NCBI GenBank assembly: GCA_964441535.1 | Contig: CAYTXQ010000001.1 | Span: 1-38,652, forward strand | DNA: 38,652 nucleotides | Origin: an uncultured Muribaculaceae bacterium | GTDB taxonomy: Bacteria > Bacillota_I > Bacilli_A > RF39 > UBA660 | Direction of reading: 5' to 3' | In this document: positions 19,537 to 28,318 of the stretch, piece after piece | How the letters are laid out: every line of letters begins with the position of its first letter | Position numbering within the stretch: the first letter of the stretch is position 1 | Notes under the pieces: model-generated | Database searches by the model: none | The model's input: only the letters and a program-made list of their open reading frames with translations | What the model was told of the DNA's origin: nothing | Program-made: the position numbers and the translations under genes

Positions 19537-20244
19537 ATGAAAACTAAAACTGTTGGTGTAATTGGAGGATTAGGGCCTTTAGCAACAATTTATTTTATGA
19601 ATTTAGTTATGAAATATACAAAAGTAGATACAGAACAAGATTATATAGATATGATTGTTATAAATCAAGCTTCTATTCCAGACAGAACTAAATTCATTTT
19701 AGGTTTATCAAAAGAAAATCCTGAAAAAGACATATTAAAAAATGCTAAAATTCTACAAAAATTAAATTGTGATTTTTTAGTAATGCCTTGTAATACTGCT
19801 CATTTTATTTATGAAAAAATAGAAAATAAAATAAAAATTCCTTTAATTAATATAGTTAAAGAAACAGTAGATTCAGTTTTTAAACAAAATAATAATATAA
19901 AGAAAATTGGACTGATGGCAACTGAAGGTACAATAAAAGCAAATATATATAAAAAAGAAATACAAAACAGAAATGTATGTGTTTTTATTCCAAACCAAAA
20001 AATTCAAGATAAAATTACAAGTTTTATTTATGATTATGTTAAAAAAAATAGAAAAGTTCCTGATAAGAATTTCTTTGATGTTATAAACTATTTTTATAAA
20101 AATAACTGTGATGCTATAATAATAGGATGCACAGAATTGTCAGTAATAATCGAAGATAAAAATGTTAATGATCCAAGAATAATTGATTCATTGAAAGTTC
20201 TAGCTTTAGAAACAATAAAGAAAGCTGGAAAAAAGAAGCTTTGA
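19537..20244 (+). CDS. aspartate/glutamate racemase family protein (aspartate racemase-like)
   Basis: Start at the ATG at 19537 after AAGGAG. VGVIGGLGPLAT is present, with catalytic Cys motifs MPCNTAH and GCTELS. Confidence 0.85.
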   Translation: MKTKTVGVIGGLGPLATIYFMNLVMKYTKVDTEQDYIDMIVINQASIPDRTKFILGLSKENPEKDILKNAKILQKLNCDFLVMPCNTAHFIYEKIENKIKIPLINIVKETVDSVFKQNNNIKKIGLMATEGTIKANIYKKEIQNRNVCVFIPNQKIQDKITSFIYDYVKKNRKVPDKNFFDVINYFYKNNCDAIIIGCTELSVIIEDKNVNDPRIIDSLKVLALETIKKAGKKKL

Positions 20245-20258
20245 TTAGGGCTTCTTTT
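20231..20258. terminator. bidirectional terminator hairpin spanning both convergent stop codons
   Basis: AAAAGAAGC (20231-20239) pairs with GCTTCTTTT (20250-20258). The 10-nt loop contains TGA (20242-20244, + gene) and TTA (20245-20247, stop of the - gene). Confidence 0.55.
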
Positions 20259-20607
20259 TAGCTATTCCAAACATACCTCCTAGTATAGAAGAAATTAATA
20301 ATATTAAATAATATATAAACACTTTAAAAGATAAATCACATCTAAATATTAAAGAAAGAAAAAAGAATATAATAATTAAAACGAGTCCATTTTTCAATCC
20401 CCAATACCATCCTTTATTATCTTTTTTCTTAGATAATCTATAACCAGTAAAGAAAAACAAAACAATTGAAAACACTATATTTATTAATAAACTAAAGAAA
20501 CCACTTAATAAATTAAAACTGTCTATAATTGATAATATTAGTAAATATAACATTACTACTCCTATAAATATTATCTTTTTTTTATGTTTTGAAATAAATT
20601 TTTTCAT
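20245..20607 (-). CDS. small four-TM membrane protein (YrzE/TIGR04086-like by size, topology and position)
   Basis: 120 aa and very hydrophobic. The family call is tentative and rests on synteny with the B. subtilis tgt-yajC-yrzE region. Confidence 0.5.
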   Translation of the reverse strand: MKKFISKHKKKIIFIGVVMLYLLILSIIDSFNLLSGFFSLLINIVFSIVLFFFTGYRLSKKKDNKGWYWGLKNGLVLIIIFFFLSLIFRCDLSFKVFIYYLILLISSILGGMFGIAKKKP

Positions 20608-20680
20608 TAAATCACCTAATAAATAATATGTTATGTTTAAATTTATATTCTTTGTAACATAATAATTATAGGTGATAATA

Positions 20681-21334
20681 ATGGATTTATTTTTAGTAAT
20701 GTATAGAACTTTATTTTTTTATTTTTTTGTTTTACTTTGCTATAGATTAATGGGTAAAAGAGAAATAGGACAGTTAGGAGTAATGGATTTAATAGTATCC
20801 ATATTAATTGCAGAATTAATGGCAATAAGTATTGAAAATCGTAAAGATCCAATAATATTAACAGTAATACCAATATCATTATTAGTAATGTTAGAACTTT
20901 TACTTGCTTTTATATCAATAAAATCAAGAAAATTTAGAAATGTTTTTGATGGAAAACCTTCATTAATTATATCTAATGGTAAAATTGATTATAAAAATAT
21001 GGTAAGCCAAAGATACACTTTAGATGATTTACTTTTAGAATTAAGACAATCAGGAATAAAATCTATAGAAGAAGTAGAATATGCAGTATTAGAACTAAAT
21101 GGTAAATTATCTATATTTAAATATAACTTTTTAAAGACCAAAAGCAGTTATCCGATACCGCTAATTATAGATGGCAAAATTCAAGATAAAACATTAGTAT
21201 ATATAAGAAAAGATAAAAATTGGTTATATGATTATTTAAACAGAAATAATATTAAAATAGAAAATGTATTTTATGCATTCTTAAAAAACAATAAAGTATT
21301 CTTAATAACTAATAAAGATTTTGTAGAAAATTAA
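20681..21334 (+). CDS. DUF421 (YetF-like) membrane protein
   Basis: Start at the ATG at 20681. The N-terminal TM region carries RLMGKREIGQLGVMDLIVSILIAE. The C-terminal soluble domain has the YTLDDLLLELRQSGI..IEEVEYAVLELNGKLS pattern typical of DUF421. Confidence 0.75.
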   Translation: MDLFLVMYRTLFFYFFVLLCYRLMGKREIGQLGVMDLIVSILIAELMAISIENRKDPIILTVIPISLLVMLELLLAFISIKSRKFRNVFDGKPSLIISNGKIDYKNMVSQRYTLDDLLLELRQSGIKSIEEVEYAVLELNGKLSIFKYNFLKTKSSYPIPLIIDGKIQDKTLVYIRKDKNWLYDYLNRNNIKIENVFYAFLKNNKVFLITNKDFVEN

Positions 21335-21350
21335 ATTAGATTTATAAATC

Positions 21351-21379
21351 TTGCTTTTTTGAATAAAATATAATATAAT
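21351..21379 (+). promoter_or_regulatory. promoter candidate of the valS leader
   Basis: TTGCTT (21351-21356), 17 nt spacer, TATAAT (21374-21379). Confidence 0.5.
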
Positions 21380-21385
21380 TTTTAC

Positions 21386-21612
21386 ATAAACAAAGAACAA
21401 GAGGAGTAAATTATTTAATAGTTTATAGAGAGAAATAGTCTTTGGTTGAAAACTATTTTAAATGAAAGATAATTGAAGGTAGCTTGGGAGTTATATATCT
21501 GAAATAGTAGTAAGATATATCGTATATATGCGTTAAATATTTGAGGTAATTAATAATTACAAATTAAGGTGGTACCACGTAATCACGTCCTTATGGATGT
21601 GGTTACTTTTTT
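21386..21612 (+). promoter_or_regulatory. T-box leader (tRNA-sensing riboswitch), probable Val (GUA) specifier
   Basis: Stem I elements: AGTA (21405-21408), AGAGA (21427-21431), and an apical helix AAATAGT/ACTATTT with a GGTTGAAA loop. The helix AATTAT (21409-21414) / ATAATT (21469-21474) lies above a specifier loop GAAGGUAG, and CAAG (21398-21401) / CTTG (21483-21486) lies below it. GUA (21479-21481) plus a purine sits directly before the lower helix. The T-box sequence is AAATTAAGGTGGTACCACGT (21561-21580). The terminator is GTAATCACGTCC-ttat-GGATGTGGTTAC plus T6 (21579-21612). Confidence 0.8.
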
Positions 21613-21631
21613 ATTAGAAAGGAAAATATTT

Positions 21632-24034
21632 ATGTTAGATAAGAAATATAATTTTAAAGAAAAGGAATTAAAATGGTTAAATTATTGGGATGAAAACAAA
21701 ATATATGAATTTAAAGAAGATGAAAGAGAAGTATATTCTATTGATACTCCTCCTCCTACAGTAAGTGGTAAAATTCATATAGGGCATATATTTTCTTTTT
21801 CTCAAGCAGAAATGATTGCCAGATATAAAAGATTATGTGGATATAATGTATTCTATCCTTTTGGATTTGATGATAATGGACTTCCTACTGAAAGATTAGT
21901 AGAAAAAGAATTAGGAATTAAGGCTCATCAAGTAGGAAGAGAAGAATTTCAAAAACATTGTTATGAAATATCTACAAAATATGAAGAAGAATTTATTAAA
22001 TTATTTAAAAGAATAGGAGTTTCAGCTGATTGGAATAATATTTATAAGACAGTAAGTCCGTCTACTACAAAAATAAGTCAGTTATCATTTATAGAATTAG
22101 TTAAAAAAGGTAGTGCTTATTATAAAGAAAGTCCAGCATTGTGGTGTAATGAATGTATGACTTCAATAGCTCAAGCAGAACTTGAAACAGAAACCATTGA
22201 TACTGTATTTAATTATATTAATTTTAAAACTGATGATGGCGAAACTTTCACAATTGCAACTACAAGACCAGAATTAATACCTGCTATAGTTTGTGTATTT
22301 GTTAATCCTTTAGATGAAAAAAATAAACATTTAATAAATAAAAAAGCAATAATACCAGTATTAGATATAGAAGTACCAATATTAAGTGATGAAAAAGTAA
22401 GTATGGATAAAGGTACAGGAATAGTTATGTGTTGTACTTTTGGAGATCAGACTGATATTGAATGGTGGAAGAAATATAAATTACCATTAAAAAATATATT
22501 TACTAATAATGGATATATTATTGATTCAGTAGAAAAATATGGTGGTATGAAAATAAAAGAAGCTAGAGAAGCAATAATTAATGACATAGATAAGATAGGC
22601 GCTTTAGTAAAGAAAGAAAATTTAACTCATGAAGTTCAAGTACATGAAAGATGTCACAAAGAAATAGAGTATACTATTATTAAACAATGGTTTATAGACA
22701 TAATTAATCATAAAGAAGATTTTATTAAATTAGGTAGTGAAGTTTCATGGAGACCTAAACATATGTATTCTAGATATTTAGAATGGGTAGAAAACATATC
22801 ATGGGACTGGTGTATTTCTAGACAAAGATATTTTGGAGTACCATTTCCAGTATGGTATTGTGCTAGTTGTGGTAATATTATTCTAGCCGAAAAAGAAGAT
22901 TTGCCAGTAGATCCTTTAGTAGATAAACCTAAAGAAGCATGTAAATGTGGCTGTAACGAATTCATTCCAGAAAAAGACATTATGGATACATGGGCTACAT
23001 CTAGTTCTACTCCAATGATTAATATGAAATATGGTGAAGTTGATAATTATGAATCTATATTAAAACCTATGAGTTTAAGACCTAATGCTCACGATATAAT
23101 TAGAACCTGGGATTTTTATACTATAGTTAAAAGTTTTTATCATTTTAATGAAATACCATGGAAAAATGTGATGTTGTCAGGATTTATACTTGCGGATAAA
23201 GGAGAAAAAATAAGTAAAAGTAAATCTAATAGTAAATGTGAACCAATATCCTTAATAGATGAATATAGTAGTGATGTAGTAAGATACTGGGCTGGTTCTG
23301 GTAAATTAGGAACAGATATAATATTTAATGAAGAAACTTTATTACGTGGTAAAAAAATTATAAACAAGTTATATAATGTTGCAAGTTTTATAAATATGCA
23401 TTTAGAAGATTATAAAGATTTACCATTCGATAATTTTGAATATATGGATAAGTGGATTATAGAAAAATTTTCTAATACTGAACTTCAATATAAAAAATAT
23501 TTGGAAGATTATGAAATTGGTCTTGCTCTTAATGTATTAGAGAAATTCTTTTGGAATTTCTGTGATAATTATATTGAGATTGTTAAACACAGACTTTATA
23601 GACCTGAAGAATTTAAAGAAGGAGCTAGACTTTCTGGTCAGAAAACCATATATATACTTCTATATAAAATACTTCAAGATTTTTCTATATTCTTTCCATT
23701 TATTACAGAGGAATTATTTATGAATATATATCCTAATAATAAATCTATTCATTTAACTAAAATGGAGGATTTAAAATATAATTTTAAAGAAAATTATGGA
23801 GATAAAATAGTAGAATTAATAAGTGAAGCAAGAGGATATAAAACTAATAATAATGTATCTTTAAAAACTCAAATTAGTTTTATTGATATAGATGTTAATT
23901 CTTATTTAAATGAAGCATTAAAAGAATCAATAGATGACTTTAAAGCCACTTTAAATATAAAAGAATTGAATATAAATATAAAAGATATAGATTCTTATAA
24001 AATAAATGAATTAAAGTTAAATATAGAAAACTAA
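21632..24034 (+). CDS. valS: valine--tRNA ligase (short form of the actinobacterial/archaeal-like type)
   Basis: Start at the ATG at 21632; the tracked 21569 start lies inside the T-box terminator. The class I HIGH motif is TPPPTVSGKIHIGH, and GFDDNGLPTERLVEK and KISKSK (KMSKS) are present. At 800 aa it has no long C-terminal coiled coil. Confidence 0.85.
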   Translation: MLDKKYNFKEKELKWLNYWDENKIYEFKEDEREVYSIDTPPPTVSGKIHIGHIFSFSQAEMIARYKRLCGYNVFYPFGFDDNGLPTERLVEKELGIKAHQVGREEFQKHCYEISTKYEEEFIKLFKRIGVSADWNNIYKTVSPSTTKISQLSFIELVKKGSAYYKESPALWCNECMTSIAQAELETETIDTVFNYINFKTDDGETFTIATTRPELIPAIVCVFVNPLDEKNKHLINKKAIIPVLDIEVPILSDEKVSMDKGTGIVMCCTFGDQTDIEWWKKYKLPLKNIFTNNGYIIDSVEKYGGMKIKEAREAIINDIDKIGALVKKENLTHEVQVHERCHKEIEYTIIKQWFIDIINHKEDFIKLGSEVSWRPKHMYSRYLEWVENISWDWCISRQRYFGVPFPVWYCASCGNIILAEKEDLPVDPLVDKPKEACKCGCNEFIPEKDIMDTWATSSSTPMINMKYGEVDNYESILKPMSLRPNAHDIIRTWDFYTIVKSFYHFNEIPWKNVMLSGFILADKGEKISKSKSNSKCEPISLIDEYSSDVVRYWAGSGKLGTDIIFNEETLLRGKKIINKLYNVASFINMHLEDYKDLPFDNFEYMDKWIIEKFSNTELQYKKYLEDYEIGLALNVLEKFFWNFCDNYIEIVKHRLYRPEEFKEGARLSGQKTIYILLYKILQDFSIFFPFITEELFMNIYPNNKSIHLTKMEDLKYNFKENYGDKIVELISEARGYKTNNNVSLKTQISFIDIDVNSYLNEALKESIDDFKATLNIKELNINIKDIDSYKINELKLNIEN

Positions 24035-25332
24035 GTCATATTAATATATGACTTTTTTAATTCTATATAATTATAATAAACTACAAATAAAATACTTGTT
24101 ATTTCTGCAATTACTAAAGAATATATTCCTATATGAAAGAAACTTGTTACAGTTAATACAATTGTTTTTATGATAACTCCATTTAATGTAATACGAGCAG
24201 TTTCTTTGGGTTTATCCATTGCCTGAAGTATACTGGATAAGGGAGCTTCTATATAAAATAAAAGAAAAAATGGTGCTAGTACTCTTATATAATTAATACC
24301 TTCTGTAGTATTAAAAATTATTTTTAATATAAAAGGAGCAAATATAAAGAGAAAAATATTACATATAAGACCTAAGAAAAAAGAAGAATATAATGATTGT
24401 TTTATTCTTTTTAAAAGCATTTTTTTATCTTTTCTAATAAATATTTTACTTACTTCAGGAACTAGCGAAGTGGTAATGGCAGCTAAAAAGAAAGATGGCA
24501 TTAATAAAAGAGTAATAGCATAAGCATTATATGTACCATATTCCATTAATATAAAATTTTTAGAATATCCCGTAAATAGTAATATATTAGTAAGTATTAT
24601 TGGTTCAAAAAAATATCCTATATTACCTATGAGTCTTGCTCCAGTAGTAGGTATACTTACTTTTAATGTATCCTTTACTATGGTAGGGTCTAATTTAAAA
24701 TCATTCTTATTAATTTTAACATTTTTAGGAAGAAAAAACAGAAATATTATTATTGAAAATATTTCTGATATAATATTTAATAAAATTAATCCTATGACAG
24801 CTAAATTAGTACTATATGATTTTAATATTGGTAATACAGTAATAATTAATATTAATCTTAATACTTGTTCTAAAACATTTGAAATAGCATAAGGACTCAT
24901 TCTTTGTTTTCCAAAAAAATAACCTTTTATTAAACTGGATAAGCTTACAAAAGGTAATACTAATCCCATTGATATTATATAGTCTTTAGTACTAGGCTGA
25001 TGTAATAAATTAGATGCGATAAATGGACTTGAAATAATTACTAACACTATGGTTATTATATTTATTAATAATACTAAAGGATATATTGATATTAATATAT
25101 GTTTGCTTCTTCTATTTTCTAAAGAAACTAATTTAGAAATAGAAATAGGTAATGATAAAGTAGCAACAGTAAGTAATAGTGAATATGTAGGAAGTACTAA
25201 ACTATATAGAGAAATTCCTGTTTGTCCTATTATTCTTGTATAAATTACTTTTATTATAAATCCTAATGATCTAGTAAGAAGTGAACCAACAATTAGTATT
25301 AATGTACCCATAACAAACTTATTATTTTTCAT
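24031..25332 (-). CDS. spoVB: SpoVB/MurJ-like MOP-superfamily flippase (polysaccharide / lipid II type)
   Basis: 433 aa and polytopic. The N-terminus KFVMGTLILIVGSLLTRSLGFIIKVIYTRIIGQTGISLYSLVLPTY..LSLPISISKLVS parallels B. subtilis SpoVB. The position, antisense and just upstream of the comN-like gene, also matches. It is shorter than SpoVB, which is about 518 aa from memory. Confidence 0.65.
   Translation of the reverse strand: MKNNKFVMGTLILIVGSLLTRSLGFIIKVIYTRIIGQTGISLYSLVLPTYSLLLTVATLSLPISISKLVSLENRRSKHILISIYPLVLLINIITIVLVIISSPFIASNLLHQPSTKDYIISMGLVLPFVSLSSLIKGYFFGKQRMSPYAISNVLEQVLRLILIITVLPILKSYSTNLAVIGLILLNIISEIFSIIIFLFFLPKNVKINKNDFKLDPTIVKDTLKVSIPTTGARLIGNIGYFFEPIILTNILLFTGYSKNFILMEYGTYNAYAITLLLMPSFFLAAITTSLVPEVSKIFIRKDKKMLLKRIKQSLYSSFFLGLICNIFLFIFAPFILKIIFNTTEGINYIRVLAPFFLLFYIEAPLSSILQAMDKPKETARITLNGVIIKTIVLTVTSFFHIGIYSLVIAEITSILFVVYYNYIELKKSYINMT
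24034..24058 (+). terminator. valS terminator hairpin, lying in the 3' coding end of the convergent gene
   Basis: AGTCATAT (24034-24041), loop TAAT, ATATGACT (24046-24053), then TTTTT. Confidence 0.55.
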
Positions 25333-25415
25333 ATATTCTCCTTTAATATTTAAGTAATTTATTATATAATATATATATGTTAAGTTATAGTTTTTATTAA
25401 AAGGGTGATTTATTT

Positions 25416-25703
25416 ATGGATGAAATTAAGTTTAATTCTTTAACAGATTTATATAGTAGACTTCTGCCTGCACTTAGATGTAGAAGTAATGAAATAAAAA
25501 GATTAGGTTATTCTTATATTCATGAAGAGGATATATGGAACTTTTTAAAAGAAACAAAATGGATAAATGATACAAATTTATCTTTAGCTGATATGGTAGC
25601 AAATATTATGGAAGCAAACGAATTAAATATAGATAATTATATTAAAAAGAGAATTGAAAATGAAAGAAGAAATATAATTAAAGATGAAGATAATTTATTA
25701 TAA
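25416..25703 (+). CDS. comN: post-transcriptional regulator, ComN/YrzD-like
   Basis: 95 aa. LLPALRCRSNEIKRLGYSYIHEEDIWNFLKETKW is typical of the Post_transc_reg family, and synteny is conserved next to the spoVB-like gene. Confidence 0.6.
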   Translation: MDEIKFNSLTDLYSRLLPALRCRSNEIKRLGYSYIHEEDIWNFLKETKWINDTNLSLADMVANIMEANELNIDNYIKKRIENERRNIIKDEDNLL

Positions 25704-25715
25704 AAAAGGAATAAA

Positions 25716-27863
25716 ATGAATACAGATATTAAAATACTTGAATTTAAGGATTTAAAAGAAAAGTTAAATAGCTTTTCAAATGAAGAGATAAATCTTATTG
25801 AGAAAGCCTATAATTTTGCTTTTGAATGCCATAAAAATGAAAAACGAAAAAGTGGAGAAGATTATATACAGCATCCACTAAATGTTGCTTATATATTAGT
25901 TTCTTTAAATGTAGATTCAACTACTATAATAGCAGGTTTACTACATGAATGTCCTAAACATTGTGATATTAAACTTATTGAAGAAAAATTTGGTGAAGAT
26001 GTAGCTAGATTAATAACTAATTTAATTAAAATTAATGATTTAACTTCAAATGACAGTGAATCATCTATTTTATATGCAAGAAAAATATTAGTAGGTTTAT
26101 CTGAAGATGTAAGAGTAATATTTATAAAATTAGCCGATAGACTTCATAACATGAGAACAGTGTGGGCTTTAGATGCAAATTTTCAAAAAATCAAAGCCAA
26201 AGAAACATTAAATATTTTAATACCAATAGCACATCGTCTAGGAATTCATTCAATTCAAAGTGAACTAGAAGATTTATCATTAAAATATTTAAAACCTGAT
26301 GTTTATCAAAGTATACTTGAAAAATTAGAAGATTCAAGAGAAGCATTAAATGAAGTATTAAAAGATATGAAAGAAAATATTACAGAACTACTAGATGAAC
26401 ATGAAATAAAATTCAAAATAAAAGCTAGAGTAAAAAGTGTATACAGTATATATAAAAAGTTAGAAACAGGCAGAAAATGGAGTGAAATATATGATATTTT
26501 AGCCCTAAGAATATTAGTGGAAGAACCAACTGACTGTTATCTAGTTATAGGATTAATACATGCTAAATATAGACAAGTTCCTAAAAGATTTAAAGATTAT
26601 ATTGCTATGCCTAAAGAAAATATGTATCAGTCATTACATACATCAATATTTGGGGATAAGGGATATATATTTGAAATACAGATAAGAACTTATGAAATGG
26701 ATGATATTAATGAAAATGGTCTAGCATCTCACTGGTCATATAAGGAACATACATCTGCAAAAGTAAAGAATGTAATGGATCAGAAATTAGAAATGTTTAA
26801 AAATTTAATTGAATCTAATAATGATAATACTTCTGAAAAAGAATTAAATGAAGTAGTAAACAATGAATTCTTAAAGGAATTAATTTATGTATATACTCCT
26901 AAAGGAGATGTAGTAGAGTTACCTGAAGACAGTACTCCTATTGATTTTGCCTACAGAATACATTCAAATGTAGGAGAAAAAACAGTAGGGGCCATAGTTA
27001 ATGATAATATAGTTACATTAGATTATAAATTAAATGATGGTGATATTATTAATATAAAAACTAACAACAATAGTACTCCAAAAAAAGAATGGTTAAGTTT
27101 TATAAAAACATCTCAGGCTAAAAATAAAATTAAAGCATATTTTAGTAAAGAATATAGAAATGAATATATAGAAAAAGGTCAAAACTTAATAGAAAAAGAA
27201 ATAAGAAAAAGAAAATTACCATTTGATAACATCATTAATGATAAAAATATAGAAAAAATTAAAAAAGATTTAAAACTAAATACTTTGGAAGATATATATC
27301 TTTCAGTAGGTTCTTTAAGATATACTCCTAGTTATGTGTTAGATCTAATTGATAAAGATAAAAATGAAGTTAAAGATATGCTTATTACAAAATTATCTAA
27401 TAAAGATTATATTGATACAGAGAATTATAATTATAAAGGTAAAGTAATAGTAGCAGGTATCGATGACATAAAAGTTAATATGGCTAAATGCTGTAAACCA
27501 GTATTTGGTGAACCAATAGCAGGTTATATTACTAAGGGTTCAGGGGTTACAATTCATAATAAAGAATGTTATAATATAAAAGATGAGACTGCAAGACTTA
27601 TTGATGTTAAATGGAATGACAATACTCCTAGTAATTATATTACAGACATTACAATAAAAGCTTACAAAAAAGAAAATTCATTTTTAGAAATAGTAACAAT
27701 AGCTGGATTAAAAAAATGTTATATTGAAGCTTCTAAATCTAAAGAAGTAGATGATTATATAGTTTATAATTTAACTGTAAAAGTTGAAAGTATAGATAAT
27801 TTAAATAACTTTATAGATGCTTTAAAATCATTGGATTTTATTATAGAAGTTAGAAGAGGTTAG
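25716..27863 (+). CDS. rel: long RelA/SpoT-homologue (p)ppGpp synthetase, with a variant hydrolase motif
   Basis: The HD region is RKSGEDYIQHPLNVA...ADRLHNMRT. Synthetase motifs are RVKSVYSIYKKL, DILALRILV, RFKDYIAMPKENMYQSLHT and EIQIRT. TGS (VYTPKGDVVELPEDSTPIDFAYRIHS) and a C-terminal ACT-like region follow. Confidence 0.92.
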   Translation: MNTDIKILEFKDLKEKLNSFSNEEINLIEKAYNFAFECHKNEKRKSGEDYIQHPLNVAYILVSLNVDSTTIIAGLLHECPKHCDIKLIEEKFGEDVARLITNLIKINDLTSNDSESSILYARKILVGLSEDVRVIFIKLADRLHNMRTVWALDANFQKIKAKETLNILIPIAHRLGIHSIQSELEDLSLKYLKPDVYQSILEKLEDSREALNEVLKDMKENITELLDEHEIKFKIKARVKSVYSIYKKLETGRKWSEIYDILALRILVEEPTDCYLVIGLIHAKYRQVPKRFKDYIAMPKENMYQSLHTSIFGDKGYIFEIQIRTYEMDDINENGLASHWSYKEHTSAKVKNVMDQKLEMFKNLIESNNDNTSEKELNEVVNNEFLKELIYVYTPKGDVVELPEDSTPIDFAYRIHSNVGEKTVGAIVNDNIVTLDYKLNDGDIINIKTNNNSTPKKEWLSFIKTSQAKNKIKAYFSKEYRNEYIEKGQNLIEKEIRKRKLPFDNIINDKNIEKIKKDLKLNTLEDIYLSVGSLRYTPSYVLDLIDKDKNEVKDMLITKLSNKDYIDTENYNYKGKVIVAGIDDIKVNMAKCCKPVFGEPIAGYITKGSGVTIHNKECYNIKDETARLIDVKWNDNTPSNYITDITIKAYKKENSFLEIVTIAGLKKCYIEASKSKEVDDYIVYNLTVKVESIDNLNNFIDALKSLDFIIEVRRG

Positions 27864-27865
27864 TT

Positions 27866-28318
27866 ATGAAAGTAGTTATTCAAAGATGTAAACATAGTAG
27901 TGTATCTATTAATAATAAACTATATAATGAAATAGATAACGGATTATGTATATTAGTAGGATTTACTGATACAGATAATGAAGAAATTATAGATTATATG
28001 GTGAAAAAAATTATTAACTTAAGAATCTTTGATGACGAAAATGGAATAATGAATAGAAACATCTTAGAGACTGATGGCAGTATTCTATCTATAAGTCAGT
28101 TTACTTTATATGCTGATACTACTAAAGGTAACAGACCTTCATATTATAAAGCAATGAAATCTGAAAACGCTACAAAATTATATAATATATTTAATGAAAG
28201 ATTAAAAGATAAAGTAAATACAAAAACAGGTGTTTTTGGAGAAGAAATGCTTGTAAATATAGAAAATGATGGTCCAGTGACAATAATTATAGAAAAGAGT
28301 GATAATAATGATAACTAA
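27866..28318 (+). CDS. dtd: D-aminoacyl-tRNA deacylase
   Basis: MKVVIQR, SQFTLYADT.KGNRPS and the NDGPVT motif are present. Confidence 0.92.
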   Translation: MKVVIQRCKHSSVSINNKLYNEIDNGLCILVGFTDTDNEEIIDYMVKKIINLRIFDDENGIMNRNILETDGSILSISQFTLYADTTKGNRPSYYKAMKSENATKLYNIFNERLKDKVNTKTGVFGEEMLVNIENDGPVTIIIEKSDNNDN

